The notes beneath the pieces are model-generated. The model saw only the letters and a program-made list of their open reading frames with translations. It did not search any database and was not told the origin of the DNA. 64,000 bases of DNA from an uncultured Mycoplasmatota bacterium (GTDB lineage Bacteria > Bacillota_I > Bacilli_A > RF39 > UBA660), in assembly GCA_900546745.1 (NCBI GenBank), contig URDT01000003.1:125-64124 (forward strand). Direction: 5' to 3'. Position numbers and translations under genes: made by a program. Below, in pieces: positions 54,337 to 64,000 of the stretch (its first letter is position 1; each line of letters starts with the position of its first letter).

Positions 54337-55104
54337 ATGGATATTTATTATTCGATTGTAACATTTATTTTTGGAGCTGTATTGGGGTCATTCTATAATG
54401 TTGTAGGTTACCGAATACCAAAAGGAGAATCATTAATAAAACCATCTTCTCATTGCACTAAATGTAATCATAAATTAGGAGCTAGTGAGTTAGTTCCTAT
54501 TTTTTCTTGGATTTTTTTAGGGGGAAAATGTAAAAATTGTGGCCAAAAAATTTCAAGTTTTTATCCAATATTTGAATTTTTAACCGGATTTTTATTTTCT
54601 CTTTCCTATTATATTTTTGGATTTAGTATAGATTTTTGGATTTCTATTACATTTATATCAATGCTTTTAATCATTATTATTAGTGATTACCAAACAATGA
54701 TTATTCCAGATGAAGTTTTGATTCCTTCAGGAATTTTAATCTTGATAGAACTATGGATTAAAGAGGGCAATTTTATATCAATGACTTCTCACATTTTTGA
54801 TGGTATTGTTTCTTTTTTAATTATGTTAGCACTTAAAAAGCTAGGAGATTATTTATTTAGAAAAGAGTCCATGGGTGGAGGAGATTTAAAATTAATGGTA
54901 TTGTTAGGATTCGTCTTAGGATGGAAAATGTCTATCATTACAATTTTTTTAGCTTCCTTTATAGGACTTCCAATATCATTAATTATTTTATATAAAAATA
55001 AAACAGATATTATTCCTTTTGGACCATTCTTAAGTGTTAGTGCTATTATCTTGTATTTAACACAAATTCAATTTGACCAAATTATTAATTTTTTTACAAT
55101 GTAA
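54337..55104 (+). CDS. prepilin peptidase (PilD/ComC family, A24)
   Basis: N-terminal Cys pairs (CTKCNH...CKNCG), catalytic Asp contexts (IPDEV; GGGDLKL), polytopic. Confidence 0.85.
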   Translation: MDIYYSIVTFIFGAVLGSFYNVVGYRIPKGESLIKPSSHCTKCNHKLGASELVPIFSWIFLGGKCKNCGQKISSFYPIFEFLTGFLFSLSYYIFGFSIDFWISITFISMLLIIIISDYQTMIIPDEVLIPSGILILIELWIKEGNFISMTSHIFDGIVSFLIMLALKKLGDYLFRKESMGGGDLKLMVLLGFVLGWKMSIITIFLASFIGLPISLIILYKNKTDIIPFGPFLSVSAIILYLTQIQFDQIINFFTM

Positions 55105-55161
55105 GTTGACTTTTTAAATTACGTATTGTAAACTAATATTAGTTATGATAGGGAGGATTAT

Positions 55162-55863
55162 ATGAAAAAAAATTTATTAGTTTTTAGTTTATGTGCTATA
55201 GTTTTGTTTACTGGTTGTTTTGGATCAAAAAAAGAATCTTCAAAAACAGCGTCAGATGTTAAAATTGTAGAAAACAAAACAGATGATTTAGAAGCAAAAA
55301 CTTATTTTACGAAAAATAATGAAGTAATTTTTGAAATTACAAATAAAGGAAAAGATATTGTTGATTATGTTAATATTGATGTAGCTTTTTATGATAATAA
55401 TGGTAACTTAATGAAAACAGAAAAACAATATGTTAGAAATATTGTAGCTGGAACTACAAATTATGCTAAATTAAGCTTAGGACAAATGGATGAAAAAGGA
55501 AACACAACATTACCTGCTAAAATTGAGTTTGCTTTAAATAAAACTGTTTATTCAACAAAGTTTGAAGATGTTTATACAGATAAAGTTAGTGGCACTGTAG
55601 AAAAATCTGAAAATGAAGGAGAGTTAAATTTAACAATCAATAATACTTCAGGACAAAAATTAGATGATGTAACAGCAGCTGTAGTATTCTATAAAGATTC
55701 AAAACCTGTTGATGTTCAAACTTTCAGTTTTCAAAATGTTGATACGACTGCTAGTCAACAATTATATGTATCTACTATAGTAGATGGTGAAACAACAAAA
55801 ATGTTAGATTATGATGATGCAAAAGTCGTTATTAATAATGCTTCTAAATATATTTCACAATAA
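55162..55863 (+). CDS. lipoprotein, unknown function
   Basis: Signal peptide with lipobox LFTGC. Confidence 0.7.
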   Translation: MKKNLLVFSLCAIVLFTGCFGSKKESSKTASDVKIVENKTDDLEAKTYFTKNNEVIFEITNKGKDIVDYVNIDVAFYDNNGNLMKTEKQYVRNIVAGTTNYAKLSLGQMDEKGNTTLPAKIEFALNKTVYSTKFEDVYTDKVSGTVEKSENEGELNLTINNTSGQKLDDVTAAVVFYKDSKPVDVQTFSFQNVDTTASQQLYVSTIVDGETTKMLDYDDAKVVINNASKYISQ

Positions 55864-55871
55864 AAAGCAAC

Positions 55872-57083
55872 TTAGTTGCTTTTTTTGATTTTTTCATATA
55901 CATTTTTTAGAGATTGTTCATATTTGCTTGTTACTTTTGGATGATAATATTCCCTCCCTAATAATTTATCAGGTAAATATTGTTGTTTTACCCAACTATT
56001 ATGATAGTTATGAGGGTATTTATAATCAGGAGAATGAGTTTTGATATGATCTGGGACACTTCCTACATTTCCAATTTTAATATCATTTAAAGCAGCATCT
56101 AAAGCTAAATGCCCACTATTTGATTTAGGAGATAGTGCCATTTCAATTACAATGTCACCTAAGGGAATTCTTCCTTCTGGTAATCCTAATCTCTCAGAAG
56201 CTGCTATTGCAGCTTCTACTTTAGGACCAATCATAGGGTTTGCTAGCCCAATATCCTCATAAGCAATTACAGTCATTCGACGATATAGTATATCTAAATC
56301 TTCTGCTTCTATTAAACGTGCTAAATAATGTAGTGAAGCATTTACATCACTGCCACGAATTGACTTTTGAAAAGCACTAATAACATCGTAATGACCATCT
56401 TCATTTTTATCATGTATAAATGCAGGTTTACTATTTATTTTTTTTAATAATTCCATATCTATTGTATACTGATTAGAAGCATAATAGGCTATTTCTAATA
56501 AATTATAAGCATATCTTAAGTCTCCATTAGAAAGTCTAGCAATATGTATTAAACTATCTTGATTTATTTTTATGTTTGGTAAATACTCTGCAGAACATGC
56601 TTTTTGTAATCCTAATATAACTTCTTCTTCTGTTAATTCCTTCAATTCAAAAATTTGACAACGACTTCTAATAGCTGGATTAATTTTATGATATGGATTA
56701 GATGTAGTAAGGCCTATTAAAGTAATTAATCCACTTTCTAAGTAAGGAAGTAATAGATCTTGTTTATCTTTATTTAATCGATGAATTTCGTCCATAATAA
56801 CGACTAAACCACCAAATAACTTTGCTTCTTCTACAACGACATCAAAATCTTTCTTATTATTGATGACAGCATTTAATAAACGATATTTTAAATGTAAAGA
56901 CTCTACCATTGCTGTAGCAATACTTGTTTTACCAATACCTGGTTTTCCATATAAAATCATAGATACTAAAAAATCATTATGAATTAAGTTATAAAGCACT
57001 TGTCCTTCTTTTAATAAATGACTCTGCCCAATAATATCTTCTATTTTTTTTGGTCTCATTTTAATTGCTAAAGGTTCACGCAT
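55872..57083 (-). CDS. rarA: replication-associated recombination protein A
   Basis: AAA+ Walker A GKPGIGKTS, Walker B VIMDEIHR, MgsA C-terminal domain (FQKSIRGSDVNASLHYLARL). Confidence 0.9.
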   Translation of the reverse strand: MREPLAIKMRPKKIEDIIGQSHLLKEGQVLYNLIHNDFLVSMILYGKPGIGKTSIATAMVESLHLKYRLLNAVINNKKDFDVVVEEAKLFGGLVVIMDEIHRLNKDKQDLLLPYLESGLITLIGLTTSNPYHKINPAIRSRCQIFELKELTEEEVILGLQKACSAEYLPNIKINQDSLIHIARLSNGDLRYAYNLLEIAYYASNQYTIDMELLKKINSKPAFIHDKNEDGHYDVISAFQKSIRGSDVNASLHYLARLIEAEDLDILYRRMTVIAYEDIGLANPMIGPKVEAAIAASERLGLPEGRIPLGDIVIEMALSPKSNSGHLALDAALNDIKIGNVGSVPDHIKTHSPDYKYPHNYHNSWVKQQYLPDKLLGREYYHPKVTSKYEQSLKNVYEKIKKSN

Positions 57084-57194
57084 TTTCATCACCGATTTAA
57101 TTGTAACATATTATCACTAAGAACTGTAAAGTAAAACTAAAAAAATAGAAAATATCTTTTAAAAGATGGTATAATATTACTGGATGGTAGTGAG

Positions 57195-58076
57195 ATGATG
57201 ATACATAATTTAGAATATTTAAACGAATATCTAGAGTATTTAAATATTGATAAGAAATATTCTAATAATACAATACTTTCTTATCATAATGATTTAAAAA
57301 TTTATTTAAATTTTTTAAAGGAGAAAAGTGTTTTAAAAGTACAAGAAAAAGATGTTCAAATATTTTTAAATCAAGAAAGACAAGATAAAAATAGTAGAAC
57401 TATCGCACATTTATTAACGGTTTTAAATAATTTTTATCAGTTTTTATTAAAGAATCAATACCTTTCTAAAAATCCCGTAGAGTATATTGAATTACCAAAA
57501 TTAAAAAAAACATTACCAACAGTATTATCTCACAAAGAAATTGAATCCTTATTGGATATTGAATTAGTTACAAAATATGATTATCGAAATAAGGCAATGT
57601 TAGAACTTTTATATTCTTCAGGATTGAGAGTTAGTGAGCTTGTCAATTTAACAGTCTACGATGTTCAACTTTCAGAAAATATTGTTAGAATTATTGGAAA
57701 AGGTGGCAAAGAAAGAATTGTTCCAATTGATGATTATGCAACAAAATATTTAACAATTTATATGAATGAGTATCGTCCACAATTAATGAAGAAACAAATT
57801 ACTAACGATTTATTTTTAAATAATTTAGGTAAGAAAATTTCTAGACAAGCAATGTTTAAAATTATTCAGCAAATTGCTTTAAAAAAAGGCATTCGAACGC
57901 ATTTCTCACCTCATACTTTAAGACATTCATTTGCGACACACTTATTAGAAAATGGAGCAGATTTAAGAAGCATTCAAGAATTATTAGGGCATAGTAGTAT
58001 ATCTACTACGCAAATATATACACATGTTTCTAATCAATTTAAGAAGGAAAATTATGAATGTCATCCACATCACTAA
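57195..58076 (+). CDS. xerD: site-specific tyrosine recombinase XerD
   Basis: R..HxxR..Y motifs (GLRVSEL; [39 protein letters not shown]). xerD-deoB synteny as in Bacillus (ripX-drm). Confidence 0.85.
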   Translation: MMIHNLEYLNEYLEYLNIDKKYSNNTILSYHNDLKIYLNFLKEKSVLKVQEKDVQIFLNQERQDKNSRTIAHLLTVLNNFYQFLLKNQYLSKNPVEYIELPKLKKTLPTVLSHKEIESLLDIELVTKYDYRNKAMLELLYSSGLRVSELVNLTVYDVQLSENIVRIIGKGGKERIVPIDDYATKYLTIYMNEYRPQLMKKQITNDLFLNNLGKKISRQAMFKIIQQIALKKGIRTHFSPHTLRHSFATHLLENGADLRSIQELLGHSSISTTQIYTHVSNQFKKENYECHPHH

Positions 58077-58089
58077 AGGAGGAATTAAT

Positions 58090-59247
58090 ATGTTTAAAAG
58101 AGTATTTTTAATTGTTTTAGATTCAGTAGGAATAGGAGCAGCTAAGGATGCTGATAAATTCCATGATGAAGGTACTAATACATTTGGTCATACTGTAGAG
58201 AAAACTCATGTAGAATTACCAAATTTTGAAAAACTAGGCTATTTTAATATTTTAAATCATTCAAATGAACCTACTATTTCTTATTATACAAAAGCGGAAG
58301 AAATTAGTAACGGAAAAGATACTTTAACGGGGCATTTGGAAATGATGGGTGTTGTTACAGAAAAACCATTTAAAACCTTTTTAGAAACAGGATTTCCTGA
58401 TGAATTAATTCGTGAAATTGAACAAATAAGTGGCCGTAAGGTAATTGGAAATAAGGCTGCTTCTGGAACAGAAATTATTAAAGAATTAGGAGAAGAACAA
58501 ATAAAAACTGGAGCTTTAATAGTTTATACATCAGCCGATTCTGTATTACAAATTGCTGCTCATGAAGATATTATTCCATTAGATGAACTTTATAGTATTT
58601 GTGAAAAAGTTAGAAAAATAACTATGAAAGAAGAATGGAAAGTAGGTAGAATTATTGCTCGTCCTTATATAGGAGAACCAGGTAATTTTACAAGAACACC
58701 AAATCGTCATGACTATGCTTTAAATCCTGCTCATGAAACAGTTTTGGATTATTTAAAGCAAAATCAATATTCTGTTATTGCTATCGGAAAAATTAGTGAT
58801 ATATTTAACAATTGTGGCATTACAGAAAGTACGAAAACGAAAGACAATTTAGATGGTATTAATCAAATAAAAGAAACTATTCAAAGAGATTTTAAAGGAC
58901 TTTGTTTTGCCAACTTAAATGATTATGATTCTAAATATGGACATAGAAGAGATGTTGAAGGATATGCAAAAGCTTTAAAAGAATTTGATGATCATTTACC
59001 TGAAATTATTTCTTTATTAAAAGAGGATGATTTATTAATGATTACTGCTGATCATGGTAATGATCCAACATTTAGAGGCACTGATCATACAAGAGAAAAT
59101 ACGCCAGTTATATTCTATTCTAAAAAATTAAATAATCCAAGTCGATTATCAATTTTAAAAACATTCTCTGATATTGGAGCAACTATTGCTGATAATTTTT
59201 CTGTACAAGCACCAAATGGAGAAAGTGTTTTAGATAAACTTATATAA
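58090..59247 (+). CDS. deoB: phosphopentomutase
   Basis: [29 protein letters not shown] and TADHGNDP motifs. Confidence 0.9.
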   Translation: MFKRVFLIVLDSVGIGAAKDADKFHDEGTNTFGHTVEKTHVELPNFEKLGYFNILNHSNEPTISYYTKAEEISNGKDTLTGHLEMMGVVTEKPFKTFLETGFPDELIREIEQISGRKVIGNKAASGTEIIKELGEEQIKTGALIVYTSADSVLQIAAHEDIIPLDELYSICEKVRKITMKEEWKVGRIIARPYIGEPGNFTRTPNRHDYALNPAHETVLDYLKQNQYSVIAIGKISDIFNNCGITESTKTKDNLDGINQIKETIQRDFKGLCFANLNDYDSKYGHRRDVEGYAKALKEFDDHLPEIISLLKEDDLLMITADHGNDPTFRGTDHTRENTPVIFYSKKLNNPSRLSILKTFSDIGATIADNFSVQAPNGESVLDKLI

Positions 59248-59312
59248 GCCACAATTATGGCTTTTTTAATATTTTATGATATAATAGTATTTCTGAAAGT
59301 GAGATGAAAACT

Positions 59313-60314
59313 ATGAACTCTACGTTAAAACAACATTTAAAACTAGCAAAAAAAATGATTCAAGATATAAGCTTTTTAACATCAAACTATGGATCGTTTG
59401 ATCGAATTTATCCTTTTTCAAATGAAAACCTAGCGGATTGTTTTGATTTTTTTGATATAAAAAATAAAAATTGTTTATCAATTATGGGAAGTTGTGATCA
59501 GGCTTTGTAATTATACTCAAGGGGTGCTAAAACAGTTACCACTTTTGATTGTAATCCTTTAACTGAATATTATGGATATTTAAAAATAGCGGCTATTCTT
59601 TCTGAATTCAGCAATTCAAAATTTTTAGATTTTTTTAGTTGTGAAAGTGAGTATCCATTTTTCGAGAAAGAAAATAGTTTTTCAAGGCTTCAATTTTTAG
59701 AATTGAAAAAATCTTTAAATTTGCTTTCTAGTTCTAGTTTTCAATTTTGGGGAGAACTATTAAATGAATTTGATCCATTGCATGTTAGAATAGGAGGAAA
59801 ACTCTTTAACTATCAGGTCAAGGAAAATATGTTACCTCATTTTATGCCTTATTTACAAAATGAAAATTATGAACATTTAATTTTAAATTTAAAAGATAAA
59901 GAAGAGGAAGATTTATTAAATTTTATTCATAGTGATATTTTAGATTTAAATTTAAAATTAAAGCAAAAATATGATTTTATATATTTATCTAATATTATGC
60001 AGTATACAAGTGTTATGTATCCTGATTACTTATCTCAACAAGATAAATTAAAAGCTTATAGACAAACAATAGAGCAATTAAGCTCTTATTTACAACCAAA
60101 TGGTAAAATTGCAATTGGATACTTATATGCTTTTAACTTTGAATTGAATAATAGAAACAGTCAGTATATTTCTGATGTTCAAACTGTTTTTCCTAAAACT
60201 GATATTGAGTATTTAAGTTTCCCTTCTATTGAACAAAAAATGGAATGTATGTTGGGAAACAGTAAAAGTAAAAATATTGGTAATGATTTTTGTTTAGTTT
60301 ATACTAAAAGATAA
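59313..60314 (+). pseudogene. DUF3419/BtaA-like SAM-dependent protein interrupted by one in-frame TAA
   Basis: Track ORFs 59304-59510 and 59703-60314 share a frame, and the stretch between them is open. The TAA at 59508-59510 sits inside the conserved segment GSCDQAL*LYSRGAKTVTTFDCNPL. Confidence 0.6.
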
Positions 60315-60344
60315 TATTCAAACATATTCTTAAATGGTGATAAT

Positions 60345-61076
60345 ATGGAGAATACAACAGTGGCTTTGACGTTATCTCTTATAGCAGGGTTATCTACTAT
60401 AATTGGTAGCATTTTTATTTTTTTTAAGAAGGATAAAAGTATTTTATTGAATTCTTTTGCTTTTGCTGCAGGTGTTATGATAACGGTATCTTTAATTGAT
60501 TTGATTCCAGAGTCATTCTCTTATTTATCAACTTATTATTATCCCTTTCCGGCATTATTATTTGTTTTAATTTGTTTTGTTATTGGTGTTCTTATATCTT
60601 CTTTTATTGATTATTATATACCAGAAAATAATCCAATCTATAAAATTGGAATCATTTCTTTAATTGCTATTATTATGCATAATATTCCGGAAGGAATGGC
60701 AACTTTTATCGCTAGTAATACAGATATTAAGCTAGGAATTACGCTTACTATTGCTATAGCACTTCATAATATTCCAGAAGGTATTACAATAGCTCTACCA
60801 ATTTTCTATTCTACAAAAAGTAGAAAAAGAGCTTTATTATATACAACAATAGCAGGATTATCAGAATTTTTTGGAGCTCTTATTACTTGTATATTTTTAA
60901 AGGACTATATTACTTACAAGTTTATGGGATATTTGTTAGCAATTATTGCCGGAATCATGATTCAAATTTCTTTTTATGAATTATTGCCAGAAGTTTGGAA
61001 AGCAAGGCAGAAGAGAGGAATTTTATACTTTTTATTAGGCTCTATTATCATGTTTTTAAGTATTAAAATAATCTAA
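60345..61076 (+). CDS. zupT: ZIP family zinc transporter
   Basis: Duplicated HNIPEG motifs, eight hydrophobic segments. Confidence 0.85.
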   Translation: MENTTVALTLSLIAGLSTIIGSIFIFFKKDKSILLNSFAFAAGVMITVSLIDLIPESFSYLSTYYYPFPALLFVLICFVIGVLISSFIDYYIPENNPIYKIGIISLIAIIMHNIPEGMATFIASNTDIKLGITLTIAIALHNIPEGITIALPIFYSTKSRKRALLYTTIAGLSEFFGALITCIFLKDYITYKFMGYLLAIIAGIMIQISFYELLPEVWKARQKRGILYFLLGSIIMFLSIKII

Positions 61077-61105
61077 AAAAAAGAGACTCTTCGTCTCTTT
61101 AATTT
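61074..61105. terminator. bidirectional terminator
   Basis: AAGAGAC-TCTTC-GTCTCTT hairpin between an A-run and a T-rich run, separating convergent genes. Confidence 0.65.
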
Positions 61106-61125
61106 TGGGTAAAATCCTTTACAAT

Positions 61126-61311
61126 CTATTTTAATTCAAATGAATGATCATCGTTTTCATCTAATGAAAATGATTTAGAATCTTCTTCAAATCCTACATT
61201 GTGATTTGAATTTTTAATGTCGTTTGATCTTTTACAATTATTTATTGTTTTAGAATTTTTATTCAAACTATTTTTAACATTATTAGATTGTCTATTACTA
61301 TTTTTTTTCAT
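61126..61311 (-). CDS. small Asn/Lys-rich protein
   Basis: GGGTGA RBS. Low-complexity N-terminus, acidic C-terminus. Confidence 0.45.
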   Translation of the reverse strand: MKKNSNRQSNNVKNSLNKNSKTINNCKRSNDIKNSNHNVGFEEDSKSFSLDENDDHSFELK

Positions 61312-61419
61312 TTTTATCACCCAGTAATATTGTTACCCAACGATAATAAAATATGTATTTAATTGAATGGAAAATTTTGGCTTTTTTTGATATACTGAAC
61401 ATAGAGGTGTATAAGTTAT

Positions 61420-62061
61420 ATGAAACAATATCAATTTTTTGAAGAATATCAAAAACAAAATATTTATAATCAAATGTTAAAATTTCTTATTAAAATTAGT
61501 ATCATTCCTGCATTAATATTTACATTCGCTGCTATTGTATTTCGATTAAATGCAATAACACTTTTTTGCTTAATTTGTTTTTTAGTAATTGCTTATTTTA
61601 TTTTTTGTATTAATTTTATAAATAAAAAAAGAGGGGAGTGTAGGGGAAAAGAAAATGAATTTTTAAAAAAATTATTAAAGAAATATGATTATTATTCTGA
61701 AAGAAAAATTAATATTTTAATAAAAATATGTGAAGAAGAGATTTTAATAAAGAAAGAAAAAAAGCAATTATTAATCTCGATTGTTATGTTCATACTACCA
61801 TTTTTTATTTCTATCATCGCTCTATTTCAAATTCAAGAAAGAACTAAATTAGTCATTTTTTTGACTATTTCATTAATAATATTGTTAATTATTTTAATTC
61901 TTTATTATTGTTTTAAATATATTAATAGCTATATTAGAGCATTGCATAATAAAATAGAATTAGATTATGATGGATTAAAAAATGAATTGTATGATATATT
62001 ATTAATAGAATCCTTTCAAAGTAATAATATATTAAGCATAATTAAAAATCTATTTAAATAA
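61420..62061 (+). CDS. membrane protein, unknown function
   Basis: Four hydrophobic segments. Confidence 0.5.
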   Translation: MKQYQFFEEYQKQNIYNQMLKFLIKISIIPALIFTFAAIVFRLNAITLFCLICFLVIAYFIFCINFINKKRGECRGKENEFLKKLLKKYDYYSERKINILIKICEEEILIKKEKKQLLISIVMFILPFFISIIALFQIQERTKLVIFLTISLIILLIILILYYCFKYINSYIRALHNKIELDYDGLKNELYDILLIESFQSNNILSIIKNLFK

Positions 62062-62130
62062 AATTTATTAGTTAACATAATATACACTGTCTAGAAGTTT
62101 TAATTAACATAATAAAAGGAAGTGAATTAA

Positions 62131-62421
62131 ATGGATATTAATACTCTTATATTTATTGGTATATTATGTTTAATATTTGGTATAGTATATATTATTATTT
62201 ATATATATTTTGAACTTAGAAAGCCAAGTAAATATCAAAAGAAATATGAACAGTTGTTAGATTTTAATAATTTTATAATAAGAAATTATACTATGAAAAG
62301 TGAAGAAAAAATGATATTGTCTTATTTAAAACATAAGAATAAAGAGAAAATAGAATTAAAAAATAATATAGATATAGAGATGTTTAAGGAAGATGTATTG
62401 TCTGATCTTGATTTAATGTAG
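62131..62421 (+). CDS. small membrane protein
   Basis: AAGGAAG RBS, single N-terminal TM. Confidence 0.5.
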   Translation: MDINTLIFIGILCLIFGIVYIIIYIYFELRKPSKYQKKYEQLLDFNNFIIRNYTMKSEEKMILSYLKHKNKEKIELKNNIDIEMFKEDVLSDLDLM

Positions 62422-62429
62422 AAACGGAA

Positions 62430-62759
62430 GTGAAACAAATGAATGATAAATATGGAAATAATGAATTAATTGAAACTACTAAATGTCTTTTTACAAATAA
62501 ATGTATTAGTTATGATTCTGAATATTATTTTGTGTTAAATGGTGAAAGAGTAAAGGCTGATGAATGTTTTTCTAATGTTTTTGGTTATTCTTCTTGTACA
62601 TATAATGATATAGAATATAAAAATATTTCGTATGAAAGAATAGAAAAAGGCTATCATTATGAAAATGCTCAATATTATTTGTTTATAATACCTTTAATTG
62701 GTTTAGGAATGATGGTTTTATCTATTAAATTTTTATTTAAATTTTTGCGAGGTTATTAA
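62430..62759 (+). CDS. small C-terminally anchored protein
   Basis: One C-terminal TM. The start could be the ATG at 62439. Confidence 0.45.
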   Translation: MKQMNDKYGNNELIETTKCLFTNKCISYDSEYYFVLNGERVKADECFSNVFGYSSCTYNDIEYKNISYERIEKGYHYENAQYYLFIIPLIGLGMMVLSIKFLFKFLRGY

Positions 62760-62792
62760 TGTATAAAAGGTTATTTTTAATGTATGAATGGT

Positions 62793-62872
62793 AAAAGCAC
62801 GTTAAATACGTGCCTTTTTTGATCATAAAAAAATACCAGGCGATTGATTTTCCCCGGAGCCTGGTATTTTTT
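62793..62872. terminator. two consecutive hairpin terminators (the second bidirectional)
   Basis: GCACGT-TAAAT-ACGTGC plus T-run, then AAAAATACCAGGC ... GCCTGGTATTTTT. Confidence 0.65.
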
Positions 62873-62891
62873 AATTTTAATAGTTTTAATT

Positions 62892-63134
62892 TTATTTAAT
62901 TAAATCATCTTCAAAATATATATTTCCACATTTTGAACACATCATTTGTATTATTGTTGGATCACAACCTGTTAAAGACATTTCTTTACAATTAGGACAT
63001 TCTATATTATCTTCTATTATTTTTTCTATTGCATATCTTTCTTTATCTTCTTTTGTTGTTCCACACATTTCATCAAATACATCTATTTGTAAATCTTCTT
63101 TTTCTAATAGTTTGTTTAATTTTTCTTGTGTCAT
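62892..63134 (-). CDS. small zinc-ribbon protein
   Basis: CPNCK...CSKCG four-Cys motif. Start overlaps the stop of the upstream HTH gene. Confidence 0.55.
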   Translation of the reverse strand: MTQEKLNKLLEKEDLQIDVFDEMCGTTKEDKERYAIEKIIEDNIECPNCKEMSLTGCDPTIIQMMCSKCGNIYFEDDLIK

Positions 63135-63364
63135 TATACATCTTTCCTTTCTAAGTCTTTTATTTGAAATTTTTCTTTTCCGTTATCAAAATAGATTTTA
63201 TAGCCACAATTATTTGCTATTTGTTCAATGTTTTCAAATGATATAATTCTTTGCTCGTTTTCATATCTTGATAAATTTTGTTGACTTATTTCTAATATTT
63301 TGGCGAGTTGTTCTTGTTTCCATCCGTTTTTTATTCTCATATATTTTAATGCTTTTCCTATCAT
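63134..63364 (-). CDS. XRE-family HTH transcriptional regulator (phage repressor-like)
   Basis: GWKQEQLAKILEISQQNLSRYENEQR helix-turn-helix. Divergent from an operator-rich promoter region. Confidence 0.8.
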   Translation of the reverse strand: MIGKALKYMRIKNGWKQEQLAKILEISQQNLSRYENEQRIISFENIEQIANNCGYKIYFDNGKEKFQIKDLERKDV

Positions 63365-63385
63365 AACAATCTCCTTGATTAAAAT

Positions 63386-63467
63386 ATACCATTATGGTGT
63401 ATTTTTTTCTTGACATACACCAAATTGGTGTAATATAATTAAGATGTAAATATACCATATTGGTGTA
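63386..63467. promoter_or_regulatory. three operator palindromes overlapping a consensus promoter (genetic switch)
   Basis: ATACCA-TTA-TGGTGTA (63386-63401), ACACCA-AAT-TGGTGT (63417-63431), ATACCA-TAT-TGGTGTA (63452-63467). TTGACA (63410-63415) and TATAAT (63434-63439) flank the middle site. Confidence 0.7.
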
Positions 63468-63655
63468 TTTGTCACTTATAAAAGATTAAGGAACACATTG
63501 AACATTATTTGAAATGTAAATCCTTTTTAGATTTTGTTTCACTTCCTTTCATAGAAATTAAAAAATTATCAATAAATACTTGACAAGATTAATTTCCTTG
63601 ATCTTTTATAAAAAAATAAATTGTCTTATCGAAAGACTAGAAAGGAACAGAGAAA

Positions 63656-63937
63656 ATGAAAAATGCTGAAATAAGAATTATACGAGCAGAATTAGAACAT
63701 TGGCCAAATAAAACAACTGGCGAAGTTAAAGATATGACTAAAATACTTTATGCTATTAAAATGGCAGATTCTGACAATGTAGTGGGGCAATCAATATTGA
63801 AATGCTATAAACAAGGCAATTTGTTAGAAACTTTAAAACCTTTAATTTTAGCTAAATCAATGGCAACAATTGAAGAAAGACCTACTGAAAATGGTAGTAA
63901 GTATGTATTACTTCAATTAAATGGTAAAAACCTTTAA
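63656..63937 (+). CDS. hypothetical early-operon protein
   Basis: First ORF downstream of the rightward promoter, AAGGAACAGAG RBS region. Confidence 0.5.
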   Translation: MKNAEIRIIRAELEHWPNKTTGEVKDMTKILYAIKMADSDNVVGQSILKCYKQGNLLETLKPLILAKSMATIEERPTENGSKYVLLQLNGKNL

Positions 63938-64000
63938 TGATACCAAAATTTTTAATAGTATATCGTACTAGTAAAAAAGAAATAAAAGATTGTCTTGTAT

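Overview
AT-rich, low-GC Bacillota chromosome segment with Bacilli/Erysipelotrichia-like gene order. The housekeeping backbone is uvrC, cysK-cysS, ylbD/ylbE-rsmD, rpsU-yqeY, ftsA-ftsZ, recD2, a pgsA-like gene, comEA-comEC, dnaG-sigA-trmK, pilC/pilD-like genes, rarA, xerD-deoB and zupT, plus five tRNA genes. Three accessory parts stand out. (1) 25.9-44.5 kb is an accretion island that starts exactly at the CCA end of tRNA-Thr(GGU). It holds three tandem, related elements, each opening with a 90-aa ORF. In two of them this is followed by a conserved leader (promoter, SD-sequestering hairpin, 24-25 codon uORF running into an intrinsic terminator) and a large serine recombinase. Element 1 (about 5 kb, with oriT and a MobV relaxase) looks intact. 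Element 2 is decayed: nonsense-interrupted recombinase, two relaxase relics, an IS30 relic, and cargo including an RtcB-like protein, a short radical SAM enzyme, GNATs, a nitroreductase, a transglutaminase-like protein and a PHP phosphatase. Element 3 is reduced to the 90-aa gene plus an IS. The two inter-element junctions look like attP sites and sit inside promoter-to-terminator units with conserved or compensated hairpins (candidate about 135-nt RNAs mimicking a tRNA 3' half). (2) 14.8-17.5 kb is a class II bacteriocin locus between rsmD and rpsU: a C39-peptidase ABC exporter and three short ORFs absent from the ORF track (two double-glycine-leader peptides and one hydrophobic peptide). (3) The window edges carry phage-like material: a tail-fibre-like fragment at the left edge and, at the right edge, an XRE repressor with three operator palindromes around a consensus promoter. 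Four genes are interrupted by single in-frame stop codons (three TAA, one TGA). No CRISPR array or rRNA was seen. All functional calls rest on motif recognition by eye; no database search was possible.
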